Origin: Candidatus Nomurabacteria bacterium
GTDB taxonomy: Bacteria > Patescibacteriota > Minisyncoccia > Phycocordibacterales > SBAW01
Assembly (NCBI GenBank): GCA_943349945.1
Contig: CALQZS010000001.1
Coordinates: 213,739 to 277,738 of the forward strand
DNA length: 64,000 nucleotides
Direction of reading: 5' to 3'
Under the pieces are notes generated by a model. The model made no database searches. It worked only from the letters and a program-made list of their open reading frames with translations, and was not told the origin of the DNA. Below are positions 17,951-27,409 of the stretch, one piece after another. Numbering within the stretch: position 1 is the first letter of the stretch; every line of letters begins with the position of its first letter. A program made the translations under genes and the position numbers.

Positions 17951-19147
17951 ATGTTTGACCTTAAAGTAATGAACTCTGTGCTGGGCGAGCTCGAGGACGA
18001 ACGTGGCATACCCCGCGCCAAAGTCTTGGAGGCTATTGAAGCCGCACTTGCAACCGCCTACAAAAAAGAATACGCAAAGCGCGGGCAAATTATCCGTGCG
18101 CAACTCGACATGGACACTGGCACGACCGAGTTCCAGCAAGTAAAGGAGGTGGTAGACGAGACTACGGTGCGCTTCCCTACCGACGATGAGGACGAAGATG
18201 AAGCAGAGGTAGCAGAAGGCGAAGAAGCGGTAGAAAAACTCCCTATCTTTAACCCCGAGCAACACATACTGCTTGCCGACGCCAAGCTTATTAAGCGCGA
18301 CGCAAAAGTTGGCGACGAGCTTGTCTTCCCACTCGAAACTAAAGACGACTACGGCCGCATCGCTGCGCAAACCGCAAAACAGGTTATTATCCAAAAAATC
18401 CGCGAGGCCGAAAAGGTTTCGGTAGTGGCCGAGTTTGGCAAACGCCAAGGCGAAATAGTGTCGGGCACCGTGCAACGCATGGAGCGCGGCAACATCTTTA
18501 TAGACCTGGGCCGCGCAACCGGCATCTTGCCCTACGACGAGCAAATCCCTGGCGAACGCTACCGCCAAGGCGAGCGCGTGCGCGCCTTGCTGTGGCAAGT
18601 AGAAGACAGTCCACGCGGCATCTACCTACGCCTTTCGCGTGCTAACCCGCAATTTTTGGCAAAACTCTTTGAACTTGAGGCACCCGAAGTGGCACACGGC
18701 ACTGTGGTATTTAAAGCTGTTGCCCGCGAGGCTGGCAGCCGCTCCAAAGTGGCCGTCACCTCGACCGACCCACACATCGACCCAGTTGGCTCGCTCGTAG
18801 GCCAGCGCGGCGTACGTGTCAGTACCGTAACCTCCGAACTTGGTGGCGAGAAAATCGACATCATCGAGTGGTCCGAAGACCCAAAGCGCTTTATAGAAGA
18901 AGCCCTCTCGCCTGCGCGCATTACCGAAGTGGTGTTGGATGAAGCAGAGCACAAAGCAAGCATCAAAGTTGCCGAGGACCAGCAGAGTTTGGCCATTGGC
19001 CGCGGCGGGCAAAATGTACGCCTTGCAGCCAAACTAACCGGCTGGCGCATCGACATCCAGTCGACCCAAGGTGCAAAAATAGCTGACGCCGCACCAGATG
19101 CTCCAAAAGATGAGACAGGCGCCCCTGCAACAGAGGTAACAGAATAA
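17951..19147 (+). CDS. nusA: Transcription termination/antitermination factor NusA
   Basis: YGRIAAQTAKQVIIQKIREAE, S1 domain, AREAGSRSKVAV, AIGRGGQNVRLAAKLTGWRIDI. Confidence 0.98.
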   Translation: MFDLKVMNSVLGELEDERGIPRAKVLEAIEAALATAYKKEYAKRGQIIRAQLDMDTGTTEFQQVKEVVDETTVRFPTDDEDEDEAEVAEGEEAVEKLPIFNPEQHILLADAKLIKRDAKVGDELVFPLETKDDYGRIAAQTAKQVIIQKIREAEKVSVVAEFGKRQGEIVSGTVQRMERGNIFIDLGRATGILPYDEQIPGERYRQGERVRALLWQVEDSPRGIYLRLSRANPQFLAKLFELEAPEVAHGTVVFKAVAREAGSRSKVAVTSTDPHIDPVGSLVGQRGVRVSTVTSELGGEKIDIIEWSEDPKRFIEEALSPARITEVVLDEAEHKASIKVAEDQQSLAIGRGGQNVRLAAKLTGWRIDIQSTQGAKIADAAPDAPKDETGAPATEVTE

Positions 19148-19166
19148 CGTAGTACAATTTACGCAT

Positions 19167-19697
19167 ATGAATTTATGGCACGATATAGCTCCGGGCACAG
19201 CAAAGGAGATGAACGTTATTATCGAAATCCCACGCGGCTCTAACAATAAGTACGAAATAGACAAAGAAACGGGCTTGATTAAGCTCGACCGCGCCAACTA
19301 CTCGACCGCCGCATACCCCTTTGACTACGGCTTTGTGCCACAGACTCTCTGGCACGACGGCGACGCACTGGACGTAGTACTACTTACCACCTTTCCCCTA
19401 TTGCCCGGCATCTTGGTAAACGCACGCCCCGTGGCGGTGATGGAGATGATGGACAGCGGCGAGTCTGACTATAAAATCATCGCCGTACCTACAGAAGACA
19501 AGCGCTGGGACGACGTGCAAGACTTGGGCGATATCAACCAGCACACCATCAAAGAGATCCAGCACTTTTTCGAGACCTACAAAGCACTTAAAGGTAAACC
19601 AGCACCAGTCGAGATTGGCGGGGTCAAAGGCAAAGACGCTGCACAAGCAGCTTTTGCAGAAAGCCTGGAGCTCTACAAACAAAAGTTCGCAAAGTAG
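19167..19697 (+). CDS. ppa: Inorganic pyrophosphatase (family I)
   Basis: IEIPRGSNNKYE, YGFVPQT, DGDALDV, DYKIIAV, HFFETYK. Confidence 0.97.
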   Translation: MNLWHDIAPGTAKEMNVIIEIPRGSNNKYEIDKETGLIKLDRANYSTAAYPFDYGFVPQTLWHDGDALDVVLLTTFPLLPGILVNARPVAVMEMMDSGESDYKIIAVPTEDKRWDDVQDLGDINQHTIKEIQHFFETYKALKGKPAPVEIGGVKGKDAAQAAFAESLELYKQKFAK

Positions 19698-19704
19698 TAA
19701 CGGA

Positions 19705-19803
19705 ACAAAAAATACGTCTCAAGGGGCTCCACAGCACGACGGTGCGAGGACTGAGCAATTTTCTAGCAAGAAAATTGCGTACCCTATGAGACGTATTTTT
19801 TGT
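19705..19803. repeat. 99-nt structured palindromic element (intergenic)
   Basis: Perfect 17-bp terminal IR ACAAAAAATACGTCTCA/TGAGACGTATTTTTTGT enclosing hairpins GCAC-GACG-GTGC and GCAATTTTC-TAGCAA-GAAAATTGC. Confidence 0.85.
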
Positions 19804-19843
19804 GAAGCCCTGTGGACAACCATTTGTGCGCTATGATTAGCGC

Positions 19844-19999
19844 ATGAGTGAGTCTCCTCGAAAACCTGTTGGACCCATTGCAGCAATGATCATAATCGTT
19901 CTGCTCTTTGCTGTGGGTGGCGTGTACTTTTTTGTCACCCAGGCCGAGCGGATTAAAACCGAACAAGCAGCGGCTGCCGCCGAAGCATTGCAACAGTAG
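19844..19999 (+). CDS. Small single-pass membrane protein (51 aa)
   Basis: Manual translation MSESPRKPVGPIAAMIIIVLLFAVGGVYFFVTQAERIKTEQAAAAAEALQQ; TATGAT lies 6 nt upstream. Below the ORF-track size cutoff. Confidence 0.7.
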   Translation: MSESPRKPVGPIAAMIIIVLLFAVGGVYFFVTQAERIKTEQAAAAAEALQQ

Positions 20000-20023
20000 G
20001 CTCAAACTGCTACTGTTCTCCAA

Positions 20024-21106
20024 ATGACACAGAAAAATCAACTTGAGGAGGTCGCAAAATCGTTTACCCGTAAGGATTTGCCAGAGAGTGCCGTAGAGCT
20101 CGCCGGAGCAATCCCCGCCGAGGTTATTGCTACATATAAGGATGATGCGCTCAAGCACATTGCCGCCGAGGTAGAGCTGCCCGGCTTCCGCAAGGGCCAC
20201 GTCCCCGCAGACCTGGCGCTCAAGAAAGTGGGCGAGGTAGCCGTGCTCGAAGAGGCAGTCGAGCTATGCATGCGCGACCTCTACCCCGTACTTATTGATA
20301 GCCAAAAAATAGATCCTGTTGGCCGCCCAGACATCCGCATAACCAACCCACCAACCGGCGGCCCCGTGGGCATTACCGTTACACTCACCCTCTACCCTAC
20401 GGTCGAGTTGCCCAAGGTACCTACGGGCGGCTGGCAAAACTTTGCCGGCAAGATCGAGATAGAGGCAGTGCCCGACGTGCTTGATGCCGAGGTGGACGAA
20501 GCTTTACACAAAATCCGCGCAGCACGCGCCACACAACCTACAGCCACCACCGACCCAACCCTGCCTGCAACCCCTACAGAGCCGGTGTTGCCTGCCCTCG
20601 ACGACGCTTTTGCCCAGTCTTTGGGCCAATTTGCCGACTTGGCAGACCTTAAGGTCAAACTCAAGGAAAATATGAAGCAGGAGAAAGAGCAAAAAGCCAA
20701 AGAGGCACGCCGTGGCAAAATAATCGACCTATTGCTAGAAAAAACAAACGTGGCTGTGCCTGCTATTTTTGTGGACAGCGAGCTCGAGAAGATACTTGGC
20801 CAGATGAAAGAGGATGTGCAGCGCTTTGGCCTATCGTTCGACGAGTACCTCACCCGTATGCAAAAGACTGAGGACCAGGTAAAAGACGAGTTCCGCGAGC
20901 AGGCGCGCAAACGCGCAAAACTCCAACTCGCACTCAACAAACTTGCAGAGGATGAAAAAATTGAGGCCGACAAAGACAGAGTGGACGAAGAGATGAAGCA
21001 CGCTATAGAGCACTTCCCCGATGCACGCCCCGAACTGGTGCGTATCCATATTGAAACCGTGCTCCGCAACGAAAAGACATTGCAGTTGCTTGAAGGCGAG
21101 GCATAA
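20024..21106 (+). CDS. tig: Trigger factor lacking the PPIase domain
   Basis: GFRKGHVP ribosome-binding motif; C-domain starting LPALDDAFAQ; directly upstream of the clpP region. Confidence 0.9.
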   Translation: MTQKNQLEEVAKSFTRKDLPESAVELAGAIPAEVIATYKDDALKHIAAEVELPGFRKGHVPADLALKKVGEVAVLEEAVELCMRDLYPVLIDSQKIDPVGRPDIRITNPPTGGPVGITVTLTLYPTVELPKVPTGGWQNFAGKIEIEAVPDVLDAEVDEALHKIRAARATQPTATTDPTLPATPTEPVLPALDDAFAQSLGQFADLADLKVKLKENMKQEKEQKAKEARRGKIIDLLLEKTNVAVPAIFVDSELEKILGQMKEDVQRFGLSFDEYLTRMQKTEDQVKDEFREQARKRAKLQLALNKLAEDEKIEADKDRVDEEMKHAIEHFPDARPELVRIHIETVLRNEKTLQLLEGEA

Positions 21107-21166
21107 GCACCAAAAGCCTAGCGTCCACAATAATATAGAGAAATAAAAAGCCGGGGCTGACGAAAG

Positions 21167-21712
21167 TCAGCCCCGGTGCCCTGTTCGGGGACGATTAAAC
21201 ATTTTCCGATACATAAGGATAAATGCCCAACCGACGATGTAGAGGGTCAACAGTGATTGAAGCATAGTGTTTACTACACCCCGTTCCGAGTACTGAATAG
21301 GGAGATACGCATGTAGAACCATTATTCCTACAAGAATACCCCCCAACCCATACCACGGATGATGCTTAAAGGCATTTTTGCCTTTTCGGCCAACAGCTTT
21401 AACACCGCGACCACTTGCTTTGACGCCACGGCCAAACAGGGACCCTAGCCACTTAAGTACCGCCCAGATGCCATACCCGATCCAGGACAGGGGCCACCAA
21501 ATGAGCCAGTAGGCCAGCTGCTTGATCCCCCACCACACTGTGCCGAAGACCAGCTTCACCAAACTTTTAATGATCAAAATATGCAGAATCCACCCCACCA
21601 TAAGCAGGGCAACCAACACCCACGAGAGATTACCCCCCGCAAACGCAACCAAACTCTGCCACCAACTCGAAAAGTCTGGCAGGTAGGCTAACAACGTCGA
21701 CAAATCTGGCAT
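21167..21712 (-). CDS. Hypothetical multi-pass membrane protein (ORFan)
   Basis: GGAGG SD; Trp-rich TM segments; own TTGACT-16-TATAAT promoter; hairpin at ~21150-21177. Confidence 0.7.
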   Translation of the reverse strand: MPDLSTLLAYLPDFSSWWQSLVAFAGGNLSWVLVALLMVGWILHILIIKSLVKLVFGTVWWGIKQLAYWLIWWPLSWIGYGIWAVLKWLGSLFGRGVKASGRGVKAVGRKGKNAFKHHPWYGLGGILVGIMVLHAYLPIQYSERGVVNTMLQSLLTLYIVGWAFILMYRKMFNRPRTGHRG

Positions 21713-21830
21713 CTCTGCCTCCCTATTTGGCGCCAATAGCGCAACTAGTACCTTTTTTAATTATACCATTTATATGTAAAGAGTCAATGTATCCGTTGCG
21801 ATTAGGGGTATTTTTGGTAGTATTGCTCCT

Positions 21831-22454
21831 ATGCAACATAATCCTATACAAAATCAACTCGTGCCCATGGTTATTGAAAAGAGCCCCATGGGTGAACGCG
21901 CATTCGACATATACTCACGCCTGCTTAAAGACCGCATTATTTTCCTTGGCGGCCCTATCGAGGACCACACCGCAAACCTCGTCATCGCTCAACTCCTCTT
22001 TTTAGCATCTGAAGATCCTAAAAAAGACATCCAACTCTACATCAACTCCCCTGGTGGCTCGGTAACGGCAACTCTTGCCATGCTCGACACCATGAACCAC
22101 ATCAAACCAGACGTAGCAACGGTGTGTGTAGGTATTGCTGCATCGGGCGCAGCCATCCTCCTTGCAGGTGGCACCAAAGGCAAGCGCTTTGCCCTACCCA
22201 ACGCCGAGGTAATGATCCACCAGCCGTGGGGCGGTGCGCAGGGCCAAGCAACCGACATCGAGATTACCGCCAAGCACATTGTGGCTACCCGCGACCGTTT
22301 GAATAAAATTCTATCCAAGGCAACTGGGCAAAGCCTCTCTAAAATCGAGGCAGATGTCGAACGCGACTACTTTATGAGCGCCGAGGAAGCCAAAAAATAC
22401 GGCGTGGTGGACGAAATCTTCCACAGCAGCAAAAGCGCAAACGCTAAAAAATAG
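21831..22454 (+). CDS. clpP: ATP-dependent Clp protease proteolytic subunit
   Basis: [48 protein letters not shown]. Confidence 0.98.
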   Translation: MQHNPIQNQLVPMVIEKSPMGERAFDIYSRLLKDRIIFLGGPIEDHTANLVIAQLLFLASEDPKKDIQLYINSPGGSVTATLAMLDTMNHIKPDVATVCVGIAASGAAILLAGGTKGKRFALPNAEVMIHQPWGGAQGQATDIEITAKHIVATRDRLNKILSKATGQSLSKIEADVERDYFMSAEEAKKYGVVDEIFHSSKSANAKK

Positions 22455-22504
22455 TCCTGGTGTATAGTTATCGAAAACCAACTTGCTAAAAATCACAAAT
22501 AAAA

Positions 22505-23122
22505 ATGATTAGACCGATCATAACATTTCGATACGCACCCGCCCTTGATAACCATTGTCGACTACTATCTGGAACTCTCTGGAAAACTGAGTATGGGCAG
22601 ATAATGGGTGAAAAACCATACCCTTCTGTTGATTTTCTTAGAGAATTAAGTATTAGCCGCGAAAAGATATGGGGAGAAAAAGCTGTTGAGGTTATTCAGA
22701 AATTAACTGAGTTATTAGGATTTCAATTTACAGAAAAAGAAATACTTGTATACACAGTAGGTTTTGGACAAGCTCATAGTGACCCTGTAATTATACCGAG
22801 CAATTTTAATGAATGGGAGTTTATAAATGTAGTTACACATGAATTGATTCACCGCCTTTTGACATTTAACACATCAAACTTCAACGAAGATGTTGTTTCT
22901 CCTAGACTTTTCCCTGACGAATCTCCGACTACTGCTATACACGTTGTAGTAAATGCTCTTTTACAGTTCGTTTATATCAACGTTCTAGATGAACCAAAAC
23001 GATTAGAGTGGGATAAAGAGAAGAGTAGTGACTCCTATAAAAAAGCTTGGAACATTGTAGATAAAGAGGGCTATATGCATATAATCGAAATGGTGAAGGC
23101 CCCGCACACGGCGAGGCCTTAA
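22505..23122 (+). CDS. Hypothetical protein with HEXXH motif (putative metallopeptidase)
   Basis: VTHELIHRLL; AT-rich coding sequence. Confidence 0.65.
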   Translation: MIRPIITFRYAPALDNHCRLLSGTLWKTEYGQIMGEKPYPSVDFLRELSISREKIWGEKAVEVIQKLTELLGFQFTEKEILVYTVGFGQAHSDPVIIPSNFNEWEFINVVTHELIHRLLTFNTSNFNEDVVSPRLFPDESPTTAIHVVVNALLQFVYINVLDEPKRLEWDKEKSSDSYKKAWNIVDKEGYMHIIEMVKAPHTARP

Positions 23123-23134
23123 GGCACGGAACCA

Positions 23135-23652
23135 CTAAACAGAAAGATCGACGTTGCCGCTCCATCCGTTGTCGGAAGTGAGAGCCGTCATTCCCTCATA
23201 ACTCTTGGGCACGAATCCGAACTCGCTTCGCCAGAGCTCGCGCGTATTGTCGAGAATGCGAACATCCTCGTCAGGATTCTTTTTTTGCCGGCCGAAATGC
23301 GGAATATGGTGACGCATTTCGCCGAAGATCTTTTCACAATCAGCACCGTACCGACGTGTGAAAAGGATATGTTGGTGCCACACCTCGTCGATATCATACG
23401 AGGGCGCCACCGGAAATCCTGGATACTTCAGATTCAGGAAAAGGTACCGCCGATAGTCCATGAGAGCCTCGTCCAGCCGTTCCAAAGGAACAGGTGGGCA
23501 GTCCTTCTCGCGACCACTGGTCGCCCGCTCAATGAGCTTCTCCTTGATGGAAGAAAGTCCATTTGGGTGATTGGCGGCGGAAGCACTCCTCTGGCATATT
23601 CCGAACGCATCGAAGGCGTTCGGTCTGCCACAATAGACAAAGCTGACGTCAT
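23135..23652 (-). pseudogene. Glycine-rich-domain (GRDP)-like protein gene with an apparent 1-nt frameshift near 23555
   Basis: SD AAAGGA plus ATG 23652 gives MTSAL...ITQMDF. The -1 frame continues SSIKEKLIERA...DYRRYLFL...PSYDIDEVWHQHILFTRRY..DC. Confidence 0.65.
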
Positions 23653-24001
23653 AACAAAGTCCTTTCTAGAGTTGCCGTCCTTAATCCACAGCAGACTAAG
23701 GTGCTTGCGTACTATACCATAACTATTTTTATAGTCACCTTGGACGCAGAGAGGCGGATCAATACAGCTCTTTTTGTGCAAGTTTACCGACCGGTGAGGG
23801 GTGGGTTGCCGAAAGAGGTTTTTCTTGGTATCGTACGAATGTTCCCGTGCGATACCGTTTTAGACCCTACCTATAACTTTTAGTATTTCCCTTCCTTCTT
23901 TGTCTTCTATGCACCTCACTGTGACTTCTGTACGCACACTTTCAGCACGCTAATCACAGCATCGACGCTGGGCAAAGGCGGTTGGGTAACCCCCAAACGC
24001 T

Positions 24002-25531
24002 ATGTCACTTAAACTATTGTTCACACTCCTTGGGCTTGCAGCACTGGGAGGCGCCGTTATCGGATACGTATTTCGTTGGCTCTTGCTCTTGGCACGCAAG
24101 GGCTCTATTGAGTTGGAAATAAAGCAGATTTTGCTCGACGCCCGCGAGGATGCCAAAAAGATAACCGCCACAGCCGAAGAAGAGGCCAAGCAAAAACTCA
24201 CTCTTGCAGAGAGTGAATTGAAGGAAAAAGAGGACAAAATCACCCGTGCCGAAGACCGCGTTTTTAAACGAGAAGAGTCGCTTGATGCAAAACAGCAAGA
24301 GCTCGAGCAAGAGATTGCCGCAGTCAAAAGCCGCATTGAAGACGTAAAAGCAATCAAAGAGCGCGCCGAGGCGCTGCTGGGCGAGCGTGCCACCGAGTTG
24401 GCAAAAGTTGCCGGCCTGACCCGCGAAGAGGCGCAGGCGCAGCTGTATAAAGAGCTGGAGCGCCAGTCGGACGAAGACTTGATGATGCGCGCAGCTAAAC
24501 TAGAGCGCGACGGGATGGAGAAGTTGGAGCGCCGTGCAAAAGAAATTTTGACTACTGCAATACACCGCTTGGGCAACTCGGTGGCGTCTGACACCATGGC
24601 CACAGCCATCACCATCCCCAACGATGAGCTCAAGGGCAAAATAATCGGCAAAGAAGGCCGCAATATAAAAACATTTGAGCGTGCCACCGGCGTGGAGGTC
24701 ATCATCGATGACACCCCCGGCTCTATTGTGCTGTCATCGTTTGACCCTATGCGCCGCGCCGTTGCCCGCATGGCGCTGGAGAATCTGATATTGGACGGCC
24801 GCATCCAACCTGTGAAAATCGAAGAGACAGTAGAAAAAGCAAAGGCAGATATTAATAAAATAATCAAAGAAAAGGCCGATGCCGCAGCGTTTGAGACAGG
24901 GGTGCTTAACTTGGACCCTCGGCTGCTGATGATTTTGGGCCGACTCCACTTCCGCACATCCTATGGCCAGTCGGTCTTGCAGCACTCCATAGAAATGGCG
25001 CATATTGCCGGCATGTTGGCCGAAGAGTTGGGCGCCAACCCCGCAGTGGCCCGCGCAGGAGCCTTGTTGCACGACATAGGCAAGGCGCTCGACCACGAAG
25101 TACAGGGCACCCACGTCGAAATTGGCCGCCGCATACTGCAAAAGTTTGGCGTGTCGGAAGAAGTGGTCAAAGCTATGCAGGCCCACCACGAGGAATATCC
25201 GTATGAGACGGTGGAGTCTGTCATTGTGCAGGTGGCCGACGCCATTTCTGGTGGCCGCCCGGGCGCACGCCGCGACAGTGTCGAGAATTACCTAAAACGC
25301 CTTGCAGATATTGAGGAAATCGCGAACTCCTTCCCCGGAGTGGAGAAATGCTACGCTATTTCGGCCGGCCGCGAGGTGCGGGTCTTTGTAAAACCCGAAG
25401 AAATGAGCGACTTTGCCTCGCGCGAAGTGGCCCGAAATATAGCACTACGTATAGAAAACGAGCTCAAATACCCCGGCGAGATCAAAGTTACCGTCATTCG
25501 CGAGTCCCGTTCCATAGAGTTTGCTCGATAA
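24002..25531 (+). CDS. rny: Ribonuclease Y
   Basis: N-terminal TM, coiled coil, KH motif KGKIIGKEGRNI, RTSYGQ, LLHDIGKA (HD), RPGARR. Confidence 0.98.
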   Translation: MSLKLLFTLLGLAALGGAVIGYVFRWLLLLARKGSIELEIKQILLDAREDAKKITATAEEEAKQKLTLAESELKEKEDKITRAEDRVFKREESLDAKQQELEQEIAAVKSRIEDVKAIKERAEALLGERATELAKVAGLTREEAQAQLYKELERQSDEDLMMRAAKLERDGMEKLERRAKEILTTAIHRLGNSVASDTMATAITIPNDELKGKIIGKEGRNIKTFERATGVEVIIDDTPGSIVLSSFDPMRRAVARMALENLILDGRIQPVKIEETVEKAKADINKIIKEKADAAAFETGVLNLDPRLLMILGRLHFRTSYGQSVLQHSIEMAHIAGMLAEELGANPAVARAGALLHDIGKALDHEVQGTHVEIGRRILQKFGVSEEVVKAMQAHHEEYPYETVESVIVQVADAISGGRPGARRDSVENYLKRLADIEEIANSFPGVEKCYAISAGREVRVFVKPEEMSDFASREVARNIALRIENELKYPGEIKVTVIRESRSIEFAR

Positions 25532-25746
25532 TCGACAATAATTTTATTATTTGTCAAAAAAATCCTATCCCCGTGGCTCTATTGCGTGGTTTTTTAAGCA
25601 GGCTATACTAGCCAATAGGTTTTTTCGCCTTGAAATAACCGCCTCCCTCCTTGTAGGGGGCCGGCCAAACAGGGCAGAAAGCGAAAGAACCCCCAATTGG
25701 GTCGGATAGAAACATCGGCTCTCCGTTATCAATAAGCAACAACACT

Positions 25747-26019
25747 ATGAACAAGCAAGACATAGCAGAGAAAGTGCAAGGTGTTTTGGGTACAACCAAA
25801 GCAGACGCAGAACGTGCGGTTGAGTGCGTTATCGACACTATCGTATCTGCTCTTAAAAAAGAGGAGGACGTATCAATAGCAGGTCTTGGTATCTTCAAGA
25901 CCAAGATGCGCGCAGCTCGTGCAGCCCGCAACCCTCGCACCGGCGAAACCGTGCAGGTGCCTGCAATGCGTGTGCCTAAGTTCCAAGCAGCAAAAGCTTT
26001 GAAAGAAGCTGTTAAGTAA
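25747..26019 (+). CDS. hup: DNA-binding protein HU
   Basis: MNKQD, GLGIF, ARNPRTGE, VPKFQAAKALKEAVK. Confidence 0.96.
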   Translation: MNKQDIAEKVQGVLGTTKADAERAVECVIDTIVSALKKEEDVSIAGLGIFKTKMRAARAARNPRTGETVQVPAMRVPKFQAAKALKEAVK

Positions 26020-26040
26020 GAGCTCGTTTCCAACGAGTCA

Positions 26041-26075
26041 CAAAAAATCGCCCCACGGTGGGGCGATTTTTTGTT
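26041..26075 (+). terminator. Intrinsic (bidirectional) terminator after hup
   Basis: AAAAAATCGCCCCAC-G-GTGGGGCGATTTTTT. Confidence 0.8.
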
Positions 26076-26092
26076 GCTACAATACAGACTGT

Positions 26093-27079
26093 ATGCGCAA
26101 GAAAAAAAGCAGACTCGAAGCGTATAGCGCCACAGCCCTGCTGGGTTTGTGCATGGGCATCTTGGCCGTGTACCTAGCACACACCCACATAGCAACATTT
26201 GTACAAAAACAAGAACAGTCTGCCGCGGTATTTTTTAAACCAGGCAGCAGTGTCGCCGACTTGCAGCGCAAATACGACCGAGCGGTCAAAACCAAAAAAG
26301 CAGTGCGCATTCTTTTGGTGCCCGGGCACGAGCCTTTTTATGGCGGCGCAGAGTATCGCAACCTCAAAGAGCGCGAGATGGCGTTGGAGTTGTCGGCACA
26401 TCTGGCAAAACTCCTAGAGGCTAACCGCCGCTACGACACCTTTACCTCACGAAATAGCGACGGATGGGACAGCGCAATGCTCGCCTACTTTGCAGACAAC
26501 TGGGAATCTATTGGCACCTTCGCACAAAAACAAAAAGTAGAGACAGCCAAGCATATAGGTACAGGAGCACTTGTAAAACACGACCCTGCGATGATACACA
26601 ACGCAGCACCAAGCGACGTAGGGCTCCGCCTGTATGGCATACACAAGTGGGCAAACGAAAATGATATAGACCTGAGCATCCATATCCACTTTAATGACCA
26701 CCCTCGCAAAAACGCTACTAGCCCGGGCAAGTACACCGGCTTTACCCTGTACATCCCCGACCCGCAGTACTCCAACGGTAAAACAGCCCGGGCTGTGGCC
26801 GAGCGAATTTTTGCACGCCTCTCACAAACTTACAGCCCAAGCGACATGCCAAAAGAAGCGCCAGGTATTGTGGAGAGCCAGGACTTGATAGCTGTAGGCT
26901 CGTATAACACCTCCGATGCACCGAGCATACTTGTTGAGTACGCGTACATTTATGAAGCACAGCTCCAGGACGAGGCGACCCGCTCGCTCGTGTTGCAAGA
27001 TATGGCTCTCCAAACCTACGAAGGTTTGCAAGACTTTTTTGAGAACAGGAACAAACACCTTGTACAAAAGACTCGGTAG
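26093..27079 (+). CDS. N-acetylmuramoyl-L-alanine amidase (Amidase_3), membrane-anchored
   Basis: ILLVPGH...E, SIHIHFN and SILVEYAY Zn/catalytic motifs. Confidence 0.88.
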   Translation: MRKKKSRLEAYSATALLGLCMGILAVYLAHTHIATFVQKQEQSAAVFFKPGSSVADLQRKYDRAVKTKKAVRILLVPGHEPFYGGAEYRNLKEREMALELSAHLAKLLEANRRYDTFTSRNSDGWDSAMLAYFADNWESIGTFAQKQKVETAKHIGTGALVKHDPAMIHNAAPSDVGLRLYGIHKWANENDIDLSIHIHFNDHPRKNATSPGKYTGFTLYIPDPQYSNGKTARAVAERIFARLSQTYSPSDMPKEAPGIVESQDLIAVGSYNTSDAPSILVEYAYIYEAQLQDEATRSLVLQDMALQTYEGLQDFFENRNKHLVQKTR

Positions 27080-27209
27080 TGGTGCGGGATGGGAGAATCG
27101 GTCACAAGTCAAAGCTCGCGACCCCGCCTCATAGCCGCTGAAGCGGCATATTCCGGCCTTCGATTCTCCACACCAAGCAAAGCAGTTTGCTTGGCTCACC
27201 CTTACTTTG
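27080..27209 (-). mobile_element. Mini-element at the tRNA-Gly(TCC) T-loop with a duplicated tRNA 3' end
   Basis: GTGCGGGATGGGAGAATCG occurs at 27082-27100 and 27209-27227, and the distal copy ends in CCA. The interior is nearly identical to 32101-32220. Confidence 0.72.
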
Positions 27210-27280
27210 TGCGGGATGGGAGAATCGAACTCCCCACCTCAGTTTGGAAAACTGATGTTTTACCAATAAACTAATCCCGC
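27210..27280 (-). tRNA. tRNA-Gly (anticodon TCC)
   Basis: GCGGGATTAGTTTATTGGTAAAACATCAGTTTTCCAAACTGAGGTGGGGAGTTCGATTCTCCCATCCCGCA folds as a cloverleaf. Confidence 0.95.
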
Positions 27281-27288
27281 AAAATAAA

Positions 27289-27327
27289 TCCCGACGCCCT
27301 GGTCGGGACCCCGACTAAACGTCGAGG
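27289..27327. repeat. Double-hairpin palindrome (CCCGAC/GTCGGG type)
   Basis: TCCCGAC-N6-GTCGGGA followed by CCCCGAC-N5-GTCGAGG. Confidence 0.6.
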
Positions 27328-27409
27328 CTACTCCCGCATAGATTGAGACCCTTTGAGAGTACCAATAGTATCCTGCCTCTGCAACAAATATTCGGTATAC
27401 TTACACCAT

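Noticed and set aside
23950-24957. Long antisense ORFs (also 441-1136, 17936-18598, 20392-21069, 45897-46889, 63088-63678)
   Set aside because: They are shadows of well-supported genes on the opposite strand, with no motifs of their own.
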